The notes under the pieces were generated by a model that saw nothing but the letters and a program-made list of their open reading frames with translations, ran no database searches and was not told the origin of the DNA. From Myxococcota bacterium (GTDB taxonomy: Bacteria > Myxococcota_A > SURF-8), in contig CAXXQS010000002.1 in NCBI GenBank assembly GCA_963674735.2, positions 256,001 through 320,000 on the forward strand: DNA of 64,000 nucleotides, given 5' to 3'. A program made the position numbers and the translations under genes. Shown in pieces: positions 10,724 through 23,026 of the stretch (its first letter is position 1; each line of letters opens with the position of its first letter).

Positions 10724-12043
10724 TTATCGGGTGCGGCGGCCACGGATGCGCGGGCCTTTCGGTCCGGTAAAACCGTCATAGTGCCGCGTAATCAAATGCG
10801 ATTCAATCTGGCTGACGGTATCGAGCGCCACACCGACGACGATGAGGAGCGCGGTTCCGCCGAAATAAAAGGGGACATTCATTTGAGCCTGCAAAATCAT
10901 GGGCATGACGCAGATAACGGAGAGGTAAATCGCGCCCACGACGGTGATACGGGTCAAAACGATATCGATATACTCGGCGGTTTTCTTACCCGGACGAATG
11001 CCAGGAATATAGCCGCCGTATTTTTTCATGTTCTCCGCCACGTCCATCGGATCGAACTGAACTGCGGTATAGAAGAAGGTGAAGAACACGATCATCACAA
11101 CAAACAGCGTGTTGTAAACCCAGGAACCCGGGGTCATCGCATCTTGAACGAGCTGCACCCAGGGGTGGTCGATGAAGTTGGCCATGGTCGCCGGGAACAT
11201 GATGATCGAGCTGGCGAAGATCGGCGGAATCACGCCGGATGTGTTCAGTTTGAGCGGCAGATGGGTGGTCTGTCCACCGTACATCTTGCGTCCCACAACC
11301 CGCTTGGCATACTGCACCGGAATGCGGCGTTGAGCACGCTCGAAGAAAATGATGATCCCGATCACGACCACCATGAGGACCAGGAAGGCAACCAGGGCGA
11401 TCGGCGTTAACTGATCGCCGCGCACATAATCGATCGTCTGCTTGATCGCATTGGGAACACGAGCTACGATACCGCTGAAGATGATCAGCGAAATACCGTT
11501 ACCAATACCCTTTTCAGTAATCTGCTCGCCCAACCACATCAGGAAGGCAGTACCGGCCGTCATGGAAAGAACGGTCAGAATACGGAAACCCCAGCCCGCC
11601 ATGTCGGGATCGACCACCACTTGCGTCCCGATCTTAATCGATTCGAGCCACATGGCGATACCGAAACTCTGCACGACCGAAAGCACAACGGTGCCGTAAC
11701 GGGTAAACTGAGTAATCTTGCGGCGACCCGCTTCCCCTTCTTTTTTCAACTGCGCAAGGTAAGGCCAAACCACCGTTAACAGTTGGAAAATAATGGAGGA
11801 CGAGATGTAGGGCATGATACCGAGCGCGAAAACGGAGACCTGCTCCATCGCACCACCGGTAAACATGTTGAACAAGCCGAACAAACCGCCGGCCTGACCC
11901 ATGAATTCGCCCATAACCACGCGATTGACACCCGGCGTGGTAACAAAGATACCCAACCGGAAAACGGCAAGCAAAGAAAGCGTAAACAGGATGCGCCGCT
12001 TCAATTCCGGAATGCGAGCGATATTTGAAAATTGCGTCGCCAC
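10724..12043 (-). CDS. secY: preprotein translocase SecY
   Basis: [28 protein letters not shown] start abuts the rplO stop. Confidence 0.99.
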   Translation of the reverse strand: MATQFSNIARIPELKRRILFTLSLLAVFRLGIFVTTPGVNRVVMGEFMGQAGGLFGLFNMFTGGAMEQVSVFALGIMPYISSSIIFQLLTVVWPYLAQLKKEGEAGRRKITQFTRYGTVVLSVVQSFGIAMWLESIKIGTQVVVDPDMAGWGFRILTVLSMTAGTAFLMWLGEQITEKGIGNGISLIIFSGIVARVPNAIKQTIDYVRGDQLTPIALVAFLVLMVVVIGIIIFFERAQRRIPVQYAKRVVGRKMYGGQTTHLPLKLNTSGVIPPIFASSIIMFPATMANFIDHPWVQLVQDAMTPGSWVYNTLFVVMIVFFTFFYTAVQFDPMDVAENMKKYGGYIPGIRPGKKTAEYIDIVLTRITVVGAIYLSVICVMPMILQAQMNVPFYFGGTALLIVVGVALDTVSQIESHLITRHYDGFTGPKGPRIRGRRTR

Positions 12044-12718
12044 TTAACCGATCTCCTCGATTTTGCCATGTGTCCGAGCGATGGCCCGACGGGCCGCGTT
12101 CGACACTTGCGAAACCTTGAACGTTTTGGCGTCTTTGAGATTTCCACGTTTGACGATACGAACGCGCGTCACATCTTCAGGCACCAAGCCAACCTTTTTA
12201 AGGCTTTCAAGGTCGATGACATCGCCTTCGACTTTTTTGGCTGCCTTCGCGGCATCCACTTCGAACGGGCGCGGTGTTTTGGCGATCAACTCGACCGTAC
12301 CGCCGGCCGCTTCGATTTTCTCGCGCGCACCCTTGGTGACCTTTTCGACCTTCACCGTCAGGGCGCGACTGATTTCGCCATCGCCCAAAATCTTCACGCC
12401 GTCTTTACCGTCACGAATCAAACCCGCTTCATCCAGCGCGTCGCGATCGATGACATCCGCCGTGACCCGTTCGAGATCCGACAACTTCACTTCAGCATAT
12501 TGCTTGCGGAAGATATTGGTGAACCCGAATTTGGGGATACGGCGATGAAGCGGCATCTGGCCACCTTCGAAACCGGGACGGGTGCCGCCGCCGGAACGGG
12601 AGTTCTGGCCTTTATGGCCTTTGGCCGCCGTTTTTCCCCAGCCGGACCCATGTCCGCGACCGATACGCTTCGCATTTTTGTTCGCACCCTTGGGCGCTTT
12701 GATATCACTCAGTTTCAT
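12044..12718 (-). CDS. rplO: 50S ribosomal protein L15 with duplicated C-terminal domain (224 aa)
   Basis: GRGHGSG, GFEGGQMPL; about 79 extra residues that repeat the globular domain. Confidence 0.97.
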   Translation of the reverse strand: MKLSDIKAPKGANKNAKRIGRGHGSGWGKTAAKGHKGQNSRSGGGTRPGFEGGQMPLHRRIPKFGFTNIFRKQYAEVKLSDLERVTADVIDRDALDEAGLIRDGKDGVKILGDGEISRALTVKVEKVTKGAREKIEAAGGTVELIAKTPRPFEVDAAKAAKKVEGDVIDLESLKKVGLVPEDVTRVRIVKRGNLKDAKTFKVSQVSNAARRAIARTHGKIEEIG

Positions 12719-12730
12719 GGCACCTAATCC

Positions 12731-12958
12731 TTAGGCTTTGGTTTTGGAGCGGTGATGACGCGCAGCAGTAAGCGCTTCCTCGGTCTCCTCGACCAGCACC
12801 AGATGCTTGATTTTGAACACCATCCCACGAATGTCCGGAGTATCGGGGCGCACCACACTGTGGCGGATGCGTTTAAGCCCAAGGCCCTTAAGCACCCGGC
12901 GATGCTTCTCAGGCCGACCAATCATGCTGCGGGTTTGGGTAATCTTGAGATTCGCCAT
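12731..12958 (-). CDS. rpmD: 50S ribosomal protein L30 with C-terminal extension
   Basis: [12 protein letters not shown]...LGL...IRGM...HLV; lies between rpsE and rplO. Confidence 0.95.
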   Translation of the reverse strand: MANLKITQTRSMIGRPEKHRRVLKGLGLKRIRHSVVRPDTPDIRGMVFKIKHLVLVEETEEALTAARHHRSKTKA

Positions 12959-12970
12959 CTGTCCCTCTCC

Positions 12971-13483
12971 TTAACCGGCCAATTCTTCAGGGGTTTTCCC
13001 GAGACGTTTGGCGTATTCCTCCATCGTAATCAGATTCTCGAGACCGTTCAACACGGCCCGCGACACGTTGTGCGGATTACGCGTGCCAATGATTTTCGAG
13101 AGGATATTGGCCACACCTGCCGATTCCAGAATGGCACGGACGGTTCCGCCCGCGATAATCCCGGTACCAGGCGAAGCGGGCCTCAGCACCACCTTCGCCG
13201 CGCCGAAACGACCGATAATCTCATGGGGAATCGTTCCATTGACGATCGGAATACGGACCATGGAGCGCTTGGCCTGTTCGCCAGCCTTCCGGATCGCTTC
13301 CGGAACTTCGTTGGCTTTACCGGTTCCCACTCCGACCTTTCCGTTATTATCGCCTACAACCACGATCGCGCTGAAGGAAAAGCGACGACCGCCCTTCACC
13401 ACCTTCGCAACGCGGTTGATATGGATAATCCGATCCTGGAATTCTTCTTCTCCAGGGTTTTGCTTTTTGAATCTAGACTCCAC
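12971..13483 (-). CDS. rpsE: 30S ribosomal protein S5
   Basis: [16 protein letters not shown]. Confidence 0.99.
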   Translation of the reverse strand: MESRFKKQNPGEEEFQDRIIHINRVAKVVKGGRRFSFSAIVVVGDNNGKVGVGTGKANEVPEAIRKAGEQAKRSMVRIPIVNGTIPHEIIGRFGAAKVVLRPASPGTGIIAGGTVRAILESAGVANILSKIIGTRNPHNVSRAVLNGLENLITMEEYAKRLGKTPEELAG

Positions 13484-13510
13484 GAAAGCCTCCTTTTGCG
13501 CACATGCGTC

Positions 13511-13972
13511 TTAAAATTCGAGACCTGCTTTGCGCGCGCCCTCCGCCAGGCTTTTAACCCGACCATGGTAGCGATAGCCTCCGCGGTCGAAAACGACTTT
13601 GGAGATGTTCTTGGCTTTGCAGCGTTCGGCGATGGCCTCACCGATTTTGGCGGCAATCAACTGATTGATCGTCACCACCGGCTCAGGCTTTTCCTCTTTC
13701 TTTTTGCCCTTCTTCTTGCCACCCTCTTCCGCGGGTTTTGCTTCCGCGGGTTTGGGAGGATTCTTGCGCAAGGTTTCGATCTCGTCGCGCATACTTTGGT
13801 CATTGGACGAAGCGGCAACCAGTGTGTTTCCCGTGCTGTCGTCGATAACCTGGGCGTAAATATGTTCCAGACTTCGGAAAACACTCAAGCGCGGACGCTC
13901 AGTTGTCCCCGAAACCCTCCGGCGAATCCGCTTTTTGCGGTAAATTCGCTTTTGTTCTTTCATGTTCGGCAT
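13511..13972 (-). CDS. rplR: 50S ribosomal protein L18 with Lys/Pro/Glu-rich insertion
   Basis: [22 protein letters not shown]. Confidence 0.98.
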   Translation of the reverse strand: MPNMKEQKRIYRKKRIRRRVSGTTERPRLSVFRSLEHIYAQVIDDSTGNTLVAASSNDQSMRDEIETLRKNPPKPAEAKPAEEGGKKKGKKKEEKPEPVVTINQLIAAKIGEAIAERCKAKNISKVVFDRGGYRYHGRVKSLAEGARKAGLEF

Positions 13973-14039
13973 TTCAGTACTCCCTCGATGATAAAGGGAT
14001 GAATAATCCGCAATTCACCGGTAATGTTTATGAGTCCGG

Positions 14040-14582
14040 CTACTTACCGGCCGTCTTTCCGGCCTTGCGCCGCACGTTCTCACCCGTATAGCGCACACCC
14101 TTACCCTTGTAAGGCTCCGGCGGACGCAGGCTGCGGATATTGGCCGAGACCTGTCCCAAGAGCTGCTTATCATGGCTGCTCAAGATGATATGGTTGGTCT
14201 TCGGTACGACTTCCGCCTTGACGCCCTTGGGGAGTTCGAAAAGAATCGGGTGCGAATAACCGAGGTTGAACTCGATCGCGTTACCCTTTTCTTCCGCGCG
14301 ATAGCCGACACCCACGATGTCCAGCTCCCGCTTGAATCCCGTCGAAACACCGGTGACCATGTTGCCGATCAGCGCCCTGTACAGCCCGTGAAAAGCGCGG
14401 GTCTGCTTGGCTTCGTTCGCCCGCGAACAGACAATCTGCTTGTCTTCCACAGCGACCGTGATCAACGGATTGATCTCTTGGCTCATTTCGCCCAGAGGGC
14501 CTTTTACCCGCACCAGGGTACCGTCGATTTTAATCTCGACTTTGTCCGGGATCGGGATCGGTAATTTTCCAATTCTCGACAT
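14040..14582 (-). CDS. rplF: 50S ribosomal protein L6
   Basis: MSRIGK start at 14582; PEPYKGKG. Confidence 0.98.
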   Translation of the reverse strand: MSRIGKLPIPIPDKVEIKIDGTLVRVKGPLGEMSQEINPLITVAVEDKQIVCSRANEAKQTRAFHGLYRALIGNMVTGVSTGFKRELDIVGVGYRAEEKGNAIEFNLGYSHPILFELPKGVKAEVVPKTNHIILSSHDKQLLGQVSANIRSLRPPEPYKGKGVRYTGENVRRKAGKTAGK

Positions 14583-14604
14583 AGCTTTATCCCTGCGCTG
14601 CCTG

Positions 14605-15003
14605 TTACCAAACGGAACAGATAAGTTCGCCGCCAACGCCCTGCTTCCGAGCTTCCCGATCCGACATCACCCCGCGGGATGTGGAGAGGATAGCGGTGCC
14701 CATGCCATTGCGCACCTTTGGAATTTTGTCGTGGCGGACATAATGGCGCAATCCCGGTCGGCTGACTCTTTTAAGACCTTCGATAACGGGTTCCCTGTTA
14801 TCGAGGTATCGCAGCCCGATCACGATTTCGTCGAAACGACCCTGTTTGGCGACATTGAAGCTTTTGATGTACCCCTCATCGCGCAAAATGTTCAGGATCC
14901 GCAATTTCATTTTAGACGAGGGGCAAGCCACCTTATCCAGCCTCGCTTTGGAAGCGTTTCGGATTCTCGTCAGCAGATCGGCGATGGGATCTGTCATGCT
15001 CAT
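14605..15003 (-). CDS. rpsH: 30S ribosomal protein S8
   Basis: DPIADLLTRIRN; GGELIC. Confidence 0.99.
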   Translation of the reverse strand: MSMTDPIADLLTRIRNASKARLDKVACPSSKMKLRILNILRDEGYIKSFNVAKQGRFDEIVIGLRYLDNREPVIEGLKRVSRPGLRHYVRHDKIPKVRNGMGTAILSTSRGVMSDREARKQGVGGELICSVW

Positions 15004-15054
15004 GGTCCATCCTCACTTATCTGCGGTGTCTACTCGCTTAAGCGCACCGTTAGT

Positions 15055-15240
15055 TTACCAGCTCGCCTTCGTCACGCCGGGCAGGAGCCCGAACGAAGCA
15101 TTGTTACGCAGACAGATACGGCACATTCCAAACTTGCGGTAGTACCCGCGTGACCGTCCGCAAAACGGACAGCGATTGTAAGTGCGCACCTTGAATTTCG
15201 GTTTCCGCAAAGCTTTTTCTCGCAAACATTGCTTCGCCAA
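15055..15240 (-). CDS. rpsN: 30S ribosomal protein S14 type Z
   Basis: 61 aa; CPFC...CRIC; TTG start. Confidence 0.97.
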   Translation of the reverse strand: MAKQCLREKALRKPKFKVRTYNRCPFCGRSRGYYRKFGMCRICLRNNASFGLLPGVTKASW

Positions 15241-15266
15241 TGTTTCCTCCTGCTCGTCGTCCGTTC

Positions 15267-15806
15267 TCAGTGCTTGAACGGCATGCCAAAGTATTTAAGA
15301 AGCGCTCGTGATTCTTCGTCCGTCTCAGCAGTCGTGACGATGGTCACGTTGAGCCCCTTGATCTTATCGATCTTGTCGTAATCGATTTCCGGAAAAATGA
15401 TTTCTTCACGAATGCCCAGGCTGTAATTCCCGCGTCCGTCGAACGCCTTTTGCGATACGCCTTTGAAGTCGCGAACACGCGGCATGGCGATATTGACCAG
15501 GCGGTCTAGGAACTCATACATACGCGCGCCCCGCAATGTCACCTTCGCACCGATTTTCATTCCCTCGCGAAGCTTGAACTGCGCGATGGATTTCCGTGCG
15601 ATCGTAACAACCGGCGCCTGTCCGGAGATGCTGCGCAGTTCATCGACTGCACTTTCCATCACCTTCGGATTCTGAATCGCCTCACCAAGCCCCATGTTGA
15701 CCACAATTTTGACCAACCGTGGAACCTGCATCTGATTCTTGTACTCGAAATCCTTCATCATCTTGGGGATGATGTTCGTTTGGAATTCGGTGCGCAAACG
15801 TGCCAT
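15267..15806 (-). CDS. rplE: 50S ribosomal protein L5
   Basis: KIVVNMG; FDGRGNY. Confidence 0.99.
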   Translation of the reverse strand: MARLRTEFQTNIIPKMMKDFEYKNQMQVPRLVKIVVNMGLGEAIQNPKVMESAVDELRSISGQAPVVTIARKSIAQFKLREGMKIGAKVTLRGARMYEFLDRLVNIAMPRVRDFKGVSQKAFDGRGNYSLGIREEIIFPEIDYDKIDKIKGLNVTIVTTAETDEESRALLKYFGMPFKH

Positions 15807-15821
15807 CAGTACCGTCCTCCT

Positions 15822-16145
15822 TTACTCGAACACTTCGCCCGTGCGGGCGCAGCGGCGAATGACCTTGCCGTTGTCCAGCACATGACGCTTCGCCTTGGTC
15901 GGTTTTCCGTCGGCCGGCGAAATAAGACGGAGGTTCGACACGTCAATGGGGGCTTCTTTTTCGATAATGCCGCCAGTCGGGTTTTTCTGATTCGGTCGCT
16001 GGTGGCGTTTGATCATGTTGATTCGCTCAACGACGACCCGATTCTTTTCAGCGAGAACATAGAGCACTTTGCCGCGGTTGCCTTTCGAGCTACCCGCAAT
16101 GACCTCTACCGTGTCCCCTTTTTTAATATGCAGCTTGTTCGCCAT
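15822..16145 (-). CDS. rplX: 50S ribosomal protein L24
   Basis: IKKGDTVEVIAG; GGIIEKEAPI. Confidence 0.98.
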   Translation of the reverse strand: MANKLHIKKGDTVEVIAGSSKGNRGKVLYVLAEKNRVVVERINMIKRHQRPNQKNPTGGIIEKEAPIDVSNLRLISPADGKPTKAKRHVLDNGKVIRRCARTGEVFE

Positions 16146-16168
16146 CGTTCACTCCTTACCCGCCGGGC

Positions 16169-16537
16169 CTACAGCACTTCGGGGGCTAGCGAAATGATTT
16201 TCATGAAGCGCTGCTGTCGCAGCTCGCGGGCCACCGGACCAAAAATGCGAGTACCGATCGGCTCTGAATTGGCATTAACCAACACAGCGGAATTCGTATC
16301 GAACTTCAGGTAAGTGCCGTTGGCGCGGACGATCTCTTTTGCAGTACGCACGACGACCGCCTTGACCACATCACCCTTTTTAACCTTGGAGTTGGGCATC
16401 GCTTCCTTAACCGAGGCCACGATGATATCGCCGACCCGGGCATATTTGCGTTTAGATCCGCCCAACACCTTGATGCACATCACTTTCTTGGCGCCGGAGT
16501 TGTCGGCAACATCCAATACGGTTTGCATCTGAATCAT
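16169..16537 (-). CDS. rplN: 50S ribosomal protein L14
   Basis: [18 protein letters not shown]. Confidence 0.99.
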   Translation of the reverse strand: MIQMQTVLDVADNSGAKKVMCIKVLGGSKRKYARVGDIIVASVKEAMPNSKVKKGDVVKAVVVRTAKEIVRANGTYLKFDTNSAVLVNANSEPIGTRIFGPVARELRQQRFMKIISLAPEVL

Positions 16538-16573
16538 GGCTTAACTCCACTTGCTCGCTAGTTAGACCCGTAA

Positions 16574-16831
16574 CTACATTGCCTTCTTGAGGACCTGCTT
16601 CACACGCCAGTGTTTGGTGCGCGATAACGGCCGGGTCTCCTCCAGGAGCACCTCGTCGCCGACACGACAAGCGTTGCTTTCGTCGTGCGCCTTGTAGTGC
16701 TTGCTGGTCGAAACGTATTTTTTGAAAAGAGCATGCTTGAAGCGACGCGTGACATTGACCACGACGGTCTTGTCCATTTTATCGCTTGTCACGATCCCTT
16801 GCCTGGTTTTGCGGTTCCCGCGCTCACTCAT
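16574..16831 (-). CDS. rpsQ: 30S ribosomal protein S17
   Basis: [16 protein letters not shown]. Confidence 0.98.
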   Translation of the reverse strand: MSERGNRKTRQGIVTSDKMDKTVVVNVTRRFKHALFKKYVSTSKHYKAHDESNACRVGDEVLLEETRPLSRTKHWRVKQVLKKAM

Positions 16832-16872
16832 GATCCATCACCTTTCCTATGAATCGTCCCGGCTGATAAGGA

Positions 16873-17070
16873 CTAGCCTTGTTTCAGCTCACGCTCGTGC
16901 ACGATCGTTAGAATGCGTGCAATGTCGCGCTTCAGTTCGGGGACTTTCCGATGATTCTGCAACTGGCCGGTGGCATGCTGGAAACGCAGTTTGAAATATT
17001 GTTCCCGCAGCGACTGTAATTCAGCCTGAATATCCTCATCGCTTTTCGAGCGAATATCGATGGTTTTCAT
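16873..17070 (-). CDS. rpmC: 50S ribosomal protein L29
   Basis: [19 protein letters not shown]. Confidence 0.97.
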   Translation of the reverse strand: MKTIDIRSKSDEDIQAELQSLREQYFKLRFQHATGQLQNHRKVPELKRDIARILTIVHERELKQG

Positions 17071-17483
17071 AGGCCTTCCTCCTGGAATACGAAGGTCGTT
17101 CGAATGGGCAGTTTATGGGCGGCCAAACGGAAGGCCTCACGAGCCACATCCTCCTGAACCCCATCCAATTCGTACAAAACCATGCCGGGCTTGATAATGC
17201 ACACCCACTCTTCCGGACTTCCTTTTCCTTTACCCATACGGGTTTCAGCCGGTTTCCGGGTCAGCGGTTTGTCGGGGAAAACCCGGATCCACACACGACC
17301 GCCACGTTTGATGTAACGAGTCAGCGCGATACGAGCCGCCTCGATCTGGCGGGCGGTAATAAACCCGCGGGTCGTGGCCTGTAAACCGAACGAACCGAAA
17401 CTGACAGTCGATCCGCGAAGCGCGATTCCTCGGTTGCGACCTTTTTGCACCTTCCGGTGTTTGACTTTCTTCGGTGCCAGCAT
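17067..17483 (-). CDS. rplP: 50S ribosomal protein L16
   Basis: RMGKGKG; QIEAAR. Confidence 0.99.
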   Translation of the reverse strand: MLAPKKVKHRKVQKGRNRGIALRGSTVSFGSFGLQATTRGFITARQIEAARIALTRYIKRGGRVWIRVFPDKPLTRKPAETRMGKGKGSPEEWVCIIKPGMVLYELDGVQEDVAREAFRLAAHKLPIRTTFVFQEEGL

Positions 17484-17531
17484 AATTGATCCTCTTTATA
17501 CTCGATCAGAAGCGCCGTTCAACAGGGCCGT

Positions 17532-18188
17532 TTAGTACAGCATCTTGCGAATCGACTGCTTTTCCTCGAAAATCTCGCCTTTGTAAATCCACACCTTGAC
17601 ACCAATGACGCCATAGGTGGTGCGAGCCTGGGTGTATCCATAATCGATGTCGGCGCGCAGGGTGTGCAGCGGCACACGACCTTCATGATAACGCTCGACG
17701 CGGGACATCTCGGCACCGCCCAAGCGACCGCCCAGGTTGACTTTGACACCTTTGACACCGAACTTGATCGCCTGGCTGATCGCCTTTTTCATGGCACGCC
17801 GGAACGCGATACGTTTTTCAAGCTGCAACGCGATCGATTCGGCCACCAACTGCGCATCGGTCTCAGGTTTACGCACTTCGACGATGTTGACGAACACTGC
17901 GCTCGCGCTCATCTTCTCAAGCTTACGCTTCAGGTCTTCGACGCCTGCGCCGCCTTTGCCGATAACAATACCGGGACGTGCAGTGTGAATCGTCACTTTG
18001 AGCTTTCCAGGGGCACGCTCGATCATGACACGCGAAATACCTGCGGTGTAAAGCTCTTTCTTGATGAACCGGCGCACGGTGATATCCTCATGCAGCCAAT
18101 TCGCGTAATTCTTCTCGGCAAACCACTTGCTGTCCCACGTACGGTTGATGCCGATACGAAGTCCGATGGGGTTAACTTTCTGACCCAA
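17532..18188 (-). CDS. rpsC: 30S ribosomal protein S3
   Basis: [25 protein letters not shown] start. Confidence 0.99.
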   Translation of the reverse strand: MGQKVNPIGLRIGINRTWDSKWFAEKNYANWLHEDITVRRFIKKELYTAGISRVMIERAPGKLKVTIHTARPGIVIGKGGAGVEDLKRKLEKMSASAVFVNIVEVRKPETDAQLVAESIALQLEKRIAFRRAMKKAISQAIKFGVKGVKVNLGGRLGGAEMSRVERYHEGRVPLHTLRADIDYGYTQARTTYGVIGVKVWIYKGEIFEEKQSIRKMLY

Positions 18189-18211
18189 AACGCACCTCCG
18201 CTCTTGCCGTT

Positions 18212-18544
18212 CTAAGCTTCGTCGAGAACCACGGTCACGTGGCTCGTTCGCTTATTGATTCGGGTGGCCCGTCCCATCGCACGCGGTCTGAAGCGGCGCA
18301 GCGTGGGGCCTTCATCCACCATAATGGTCTTGATATACAGGGTATCCACGTCTACGTCACCACGGACATCGGCATTGGAAACAGCCGAATGAAGCAGCTT
18401 GGCGAGCGGTTGGGATGCCCGGCGCAGGGAGAAGTTGAGCGTGTTCATCGCTTCTTCGACCTGCTTTCCACGAATCTGGTCGGCCACAAGTCGAACCTTG
18501 CGCGGCGACATCCGCAGATATCTTAGTTTCGCTTTCACTTCCAT
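18212..18544 (-). CDS. rplV: 50S ribosomal protein L22
   Basis: [18 protein letters not shown]. Confidence 0.99.
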   Translation of the reverse strand: MEVKAKLRYLRMSPRKVRLVADQIRGKQVEEAMNTLNFSLRRASQPLAKLLHSAVSNADVRGDVDVDTLYIKTIMVDEGPTLRRFRPRAMGRATRINKRTSHVTVVLDEA

Positions 18545-18556
18545 GAGTCGCTCCTC

Positions 18557-18832
18557 TTAGCGCTTCGACTTTTTGTCGCCCGCGTGTCCGCGGAAGGTGC
18601 GGGTCGGGGCGAACTCGCCGAATTTATGGCCGACCATGTTTTCCGTTACAAACACCGGAATGAATTTTTTGCCGTTGTGGACAGCGAATGTCATCCCGAC
18701 ACACTCAGGAAGTACAGTCGACCGACGCGACCAGGTCTTGATGACCTTGCGGCTACTGGTTTTTTGCGCTTCCATCACCTTCTTAAGAAGGTGGTCGTCA
18801 ACGAAAGGGCCTTTTTTAATCGAACGAGGCAC
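18557..18832 (-). CDS. rpsS: 30S ribosomal protein S19
   Basis: [17 protein letters not shown]. Confidence 0.99.
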   Translation of the reverse strand: MPRSIKKGPFVDDHLLKKVMEAQKTSSRKVIKTWSRRSTVLPECVGMTFAVHNGKKFIPVFVTENMVGHKFGEFAPTRTFRGHAGDKKSKR

Positions 18833-18862
18833 GGTCTATCTCCCTTTCCAAAACCAATCGGT

Positions 18863-19690
18863 TCACTTCTTGTTTCGACGCCGCACGATCAAACGATCCG
18901 TGCGCGGGTTGTTGCGAGTACGCTTGCCCTTGGTCGGCAGGCCCCAGGGAGTCACCGGATGGCGGCCACCCGAGCTGCGGCCTTCACCACCGCCATGCGG
19001 ATGGTCGACCGGGTTCATGGCAACGCCACGGACCTTGGGACGGCGACCGAGCCAGCGGGTACGTCCAGCTTTGCCGATCTTTATATTTTCCTGCTCCTGG
19101 TTGCCGATCTCACCGACGGTGGCGCGGCAGTCCAACAGCACCTTGCGAACTTCACCCGAGGGCAAACGCAGCTGAGCGTAACGTCCCTCTTTCGCCATCA
19201 GCTGGGCCGACGTTCCCGCCGCGCGGCAGATCTGACCGCCTTTGCCCTGCTTGATCTCGATATTGTGCACGTGGGTACCGAGCGGGATATGACGCAGCGG
19301 CAGGTTGTTGCCGGGCAGGATATCCGCGGTGTCCGACGCCACGACCATGTCGCCCACTTTGATTTTCTGCGGAGCCAGGATATAGCGTTTTTCGCCATCG
19401 AGGTAATGCAGCAAAGCAATGCGCGCGGAACGATTGGGATCGTATTCGATCGTCGCCACTTTAGCGGGAACTTCGAGTTTGTTGCGTCGGAAATCGATGA
19501 CGCGGTACATACGCTTATGTCCACCTCCACGACGACGCACGCAAATGCGACCATGGTGGTTGCGGCCGGCCTTTTTCTTCAGCGGCCTCAACAGCGGGCG
19601 GTGCGGCTGATCCGTCGTGATCGTATCGAAATCCGACACGGTCATGTTACGCCTACCCGGCGAGGTGGGTTTGTATTTTTTAATGCCCAT
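18863..19690 (-). CDS. rplB: 50S ribosomal protein L2
   Basis: [13 protein letters not shown]. Confidence 0.99.
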   Translation of the reverse strand: MGIKKYKPTSPGRRNMTVSDFDTITTDQPHRPLLRPLKKKAGRNHHGRICVRRRGGGHKRMYRVIDFRRNKLEVPAKVATIEYDPNRSARIALLHYLDGEKRYILAPQKIKVGDMVVASDTADILPGNNLPLRHIPLGTHVHNIEIKQGKGGQICRAAGTSAQLMAKEGRYAQLRLPSGEVRKVLLDCRATVGEIGNQEQENIKIGKAGRTRWLGRRPKVRGVAMNPVDHPHGGGEGRSSGGRHPVTPWGLPTKGKRTRNNPRTDRLIVRRRNKK

Positions 19691-19715
19691 CGCTGTGCTC
19701 CTCTATGCTCGTCGC

Positions 19716-20009
19716 CTATACGCCCTCAAACAGCTCGATCGTGTCACCGTCGCGCAGAGTCACAATGGCTTTTTTCCAGCCGTTCGAGCGACCCATGAAG
19801 CGACCCAAGCGCTTCCATTTTCCGGGAAGGCGAACCGTATTCACGCGTTCGACTTTGACGTCGAAAAGCTTCTCGATCGCGTGCTTGACTTCGACCTTGT
19901 TGGCGTCTTTGCGGACTTCGAAGAAAAACTGGTTAGCACTTTCCTGAATGCGCGAGCCCTTTTCAGTCAGCAGCGGCCGCACGATGATGTCGTGGATATT
20001 TTTCTTCAT
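19716..20009 (-). CDS. rplW: 50S ribosomal protein L23
   Basis: [14 protein letters not shown]. Confidence 0.98.
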   Translation of the reverse strand: MKKNIHDIIVRPLLTEKGSRIQESANQFFFEVRKDANKVEVKHAIEKLFDVKVERVNTVRLPGKWKRLGRFMGRSNGWKKAIVTLRDGDTIELFEGV

Positions 20010-20626
20010 TTCTTCAACGCTCCTTCCACCTTTTCAATCGCGGCCTTGGTGAGCAGAAGCTCATCATGGTTCAGGATGTCATGCACGTTCAACCCGGCGG
20101 CCGGAAGAACATCCACGCCGGGAATGTTGCGTGCGGACAGGCGGAGAGTCTGGCTGTCGTCGTCGATGATCAAAGGCTTATTGACACCCAGAGTTTTCAG
20201 AACGCCGGCGAAAGCCTTTGTTTTGATCGTCTCAAGGTCAAAATTGTCAATAACCAACAACTTTTCTTCACCATTGCGCAGGGATAAGGCCGAAATCATC
20301 GCACCTTTACGCACTTTCCTCGGAACCTTATAGCTGTAATCCCGCGGATGGGGACCGAACACCGTACCACCACCACGCAAGGTCGGCGATTTGATGCTAC
20401 CGCGGCGAGCGCGGCCGGTTCCTTTTTGGCGGAACAACTTGCGGGTCGAACCCGAAATCTCACCGCGATGCTTGGTGCAGTGCGTTCCAGCTCGCCGATT
20501 GGCCAACTGCATCTTCACCACTTCATAGAACAAGTTCTGGTTCACTTCCGCGCAAAAGATGTCGTCCGCCACTTCCAGCGAACCAACTTCATTTTTTGCC
20601 AGGTCGTATATTTTCAGAACGGCCAT
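20006..20626 (-). CDS. rplD: 50S ribosomal protein L4
   Basis: [12 protein letters not shown]. Confidence 0.99.
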   Translation of the reverse strand: MAVLKIYDLAKNEVGSLEVADDIFCAEVNQNLFYEVVKMQLANRRAGTHCTKHRGEISGSTRKLFRQKGTGRARRGSIKSPTLRGGGTVFGPHPRDYSYKVPRKVRKGAMISALSLRNGEEKLLVIDNFDLETIKTKAFAGVLKTLGVNKPLIIDDDSQTLRLSARNIPGVDVLPAAGLNVHDILNHDELLLTKAAIEKVEGALKK

Positions 20627-20655
20627 CGTTTGTCTCCTTCGTTCCCCTCAGGTGC

Positions 20656-21342
20656 CTACTTGCCGGCCTTCTGGATGTACACGACACCGCTCGTCGGTCC
20701 CGGAATCGCGCCACTGACATACAACAGGTTGTTTTCAACATCAACCAGCTGAACCAAAAGGTTCTTGACCGTCACCCGCTGGGCGCCCGTGTGGCCCGGC
20801 AGTTTCGTATTCTTCAAGGTACGAGCAGGCCAGGCGCACATACCGATGGAACCGGGAACCCGATGAGCGGTCGCGCCATGCGAACCGGGGCCCCCGTGAA
20901 ATCCATGACGCTTGATGACGCCCTGGAAGCCTTTACCTTTGGAGGTACCGGTAATATTAACAATCTCTCCGATGGCAAAATCCGTTACGGTGATTTCCTG
21001 ACCAACTTCGTAGTTGTCCGGATTGTCCAGTCGAAACTCACGCAAGATTCGGAAAGAACCTTTTCCGGCAGCTTTGAAATGCCCCCACATGGGCCGGGTG
21101 ACACTGTTGCGTTTCCGCGTGCCTTTCATTTTGCCGCCCATTTTCGACTGAACTTTGGATTTCCACTGCACCGGTCTGGATTCGAATCCCAGCTGCAAAG
21201 CCGCATATCCATCCGTCTCGGCCGTCTTCTTCTGCAACACCACGCAGGGGCCCGCCTCAACCACCGTAACCGGTTGACGAGTGCCGTCGGGCGTGAAATA
21301 TTGCGTCATGCCGACTTTTTTGCCAATAATTCCAAAAGCCAT
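20656..21342 (-). CDS. rplC: 50S ribosomal protein L3 with basic insertion
   Basis: GKKVGMTQ; SKGKGFQGVIKR. Confidence 0.99.
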   Translation of the reverse strand: MAFGIIGKKVGMTQYFTPDGTRQPVTVVEAGPCVVLQKKTAETDGYAALQLGFESRPVQWKSKVQSKMGGKMKGTRKRNSVTRPMWGHFKAAGKGSFRILREFRLDNPDNYEVGQEITVTDFAIGEIVNITGTSKGKGFQGVIKRHGFHGGPGSHGATAHRVPGSIGMCAWPARTLKNTKLPGHTGAQRVTVKNLLVQLVDVENNLLYVSGAIPGPTSGVVYIQKAGK

Positions 21343-21416
21343 GGTGTCCTCTACAGTCCCCGGGTATCCGGGTTAATCACCTCGTTGCCACGTATGCGTC
21401 CGCGTCCAAGTCTCGA

Positions 21417-21725
21417 TCAAGTCTTGATTTCAACATCCACGCCAGCCGACAGATCCAACTTCATCAGCTCATCCAAGGTCTGCTGATTGGGATCGACGAT
21501 GTCGATCAGCCGGTTGTGGGTGCGAATCTCGAATTGCTCGCGAGATTTCTTGTTGACATGCGGAGAGCGCAGCACCGTGTACCGATTGATGTTGGTCGGC
21601 AGAGGGATCGGGCCCGCCACGCGAGCGCCCGTGCGCCGCACCGTATCGACGATCTCGACCGTCGATTGATCGAGCAACTTGTAATCGTAGGCCTTAAGCC
21701 GAATTCTGATCTTCTGCTGAGCCAC
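21417..21725 (-). CDS. rpsJ: 30S ribosomal protein S10
   Basis: [22 protein letters not shown]. Confidence 0.99.
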   Translation of the reverse strand: MAQQKIRIRLKAYDYKLLDQSTVEIVDTVRRTGARVAGPIPLPTNINRYTVLRSPHVNKKSREQFEIRTHNRLIDIVDPNQQTLDELMKLDLSAGVDVEIKT

Positions 21726-21744
21726 GTCGATCTCCTTTTGTACC

Positions 21745-22935
<1,191 letters not shown>

Positions 22936-23026
22936 CTTAGGCCTCCTTCGTTCAGGTGTCCCGCTCTTACCGGGATGCGTTCCTTACGCTAAAAACCTCT
23001 GTATCGTATAAACTAAGCTCATGATC

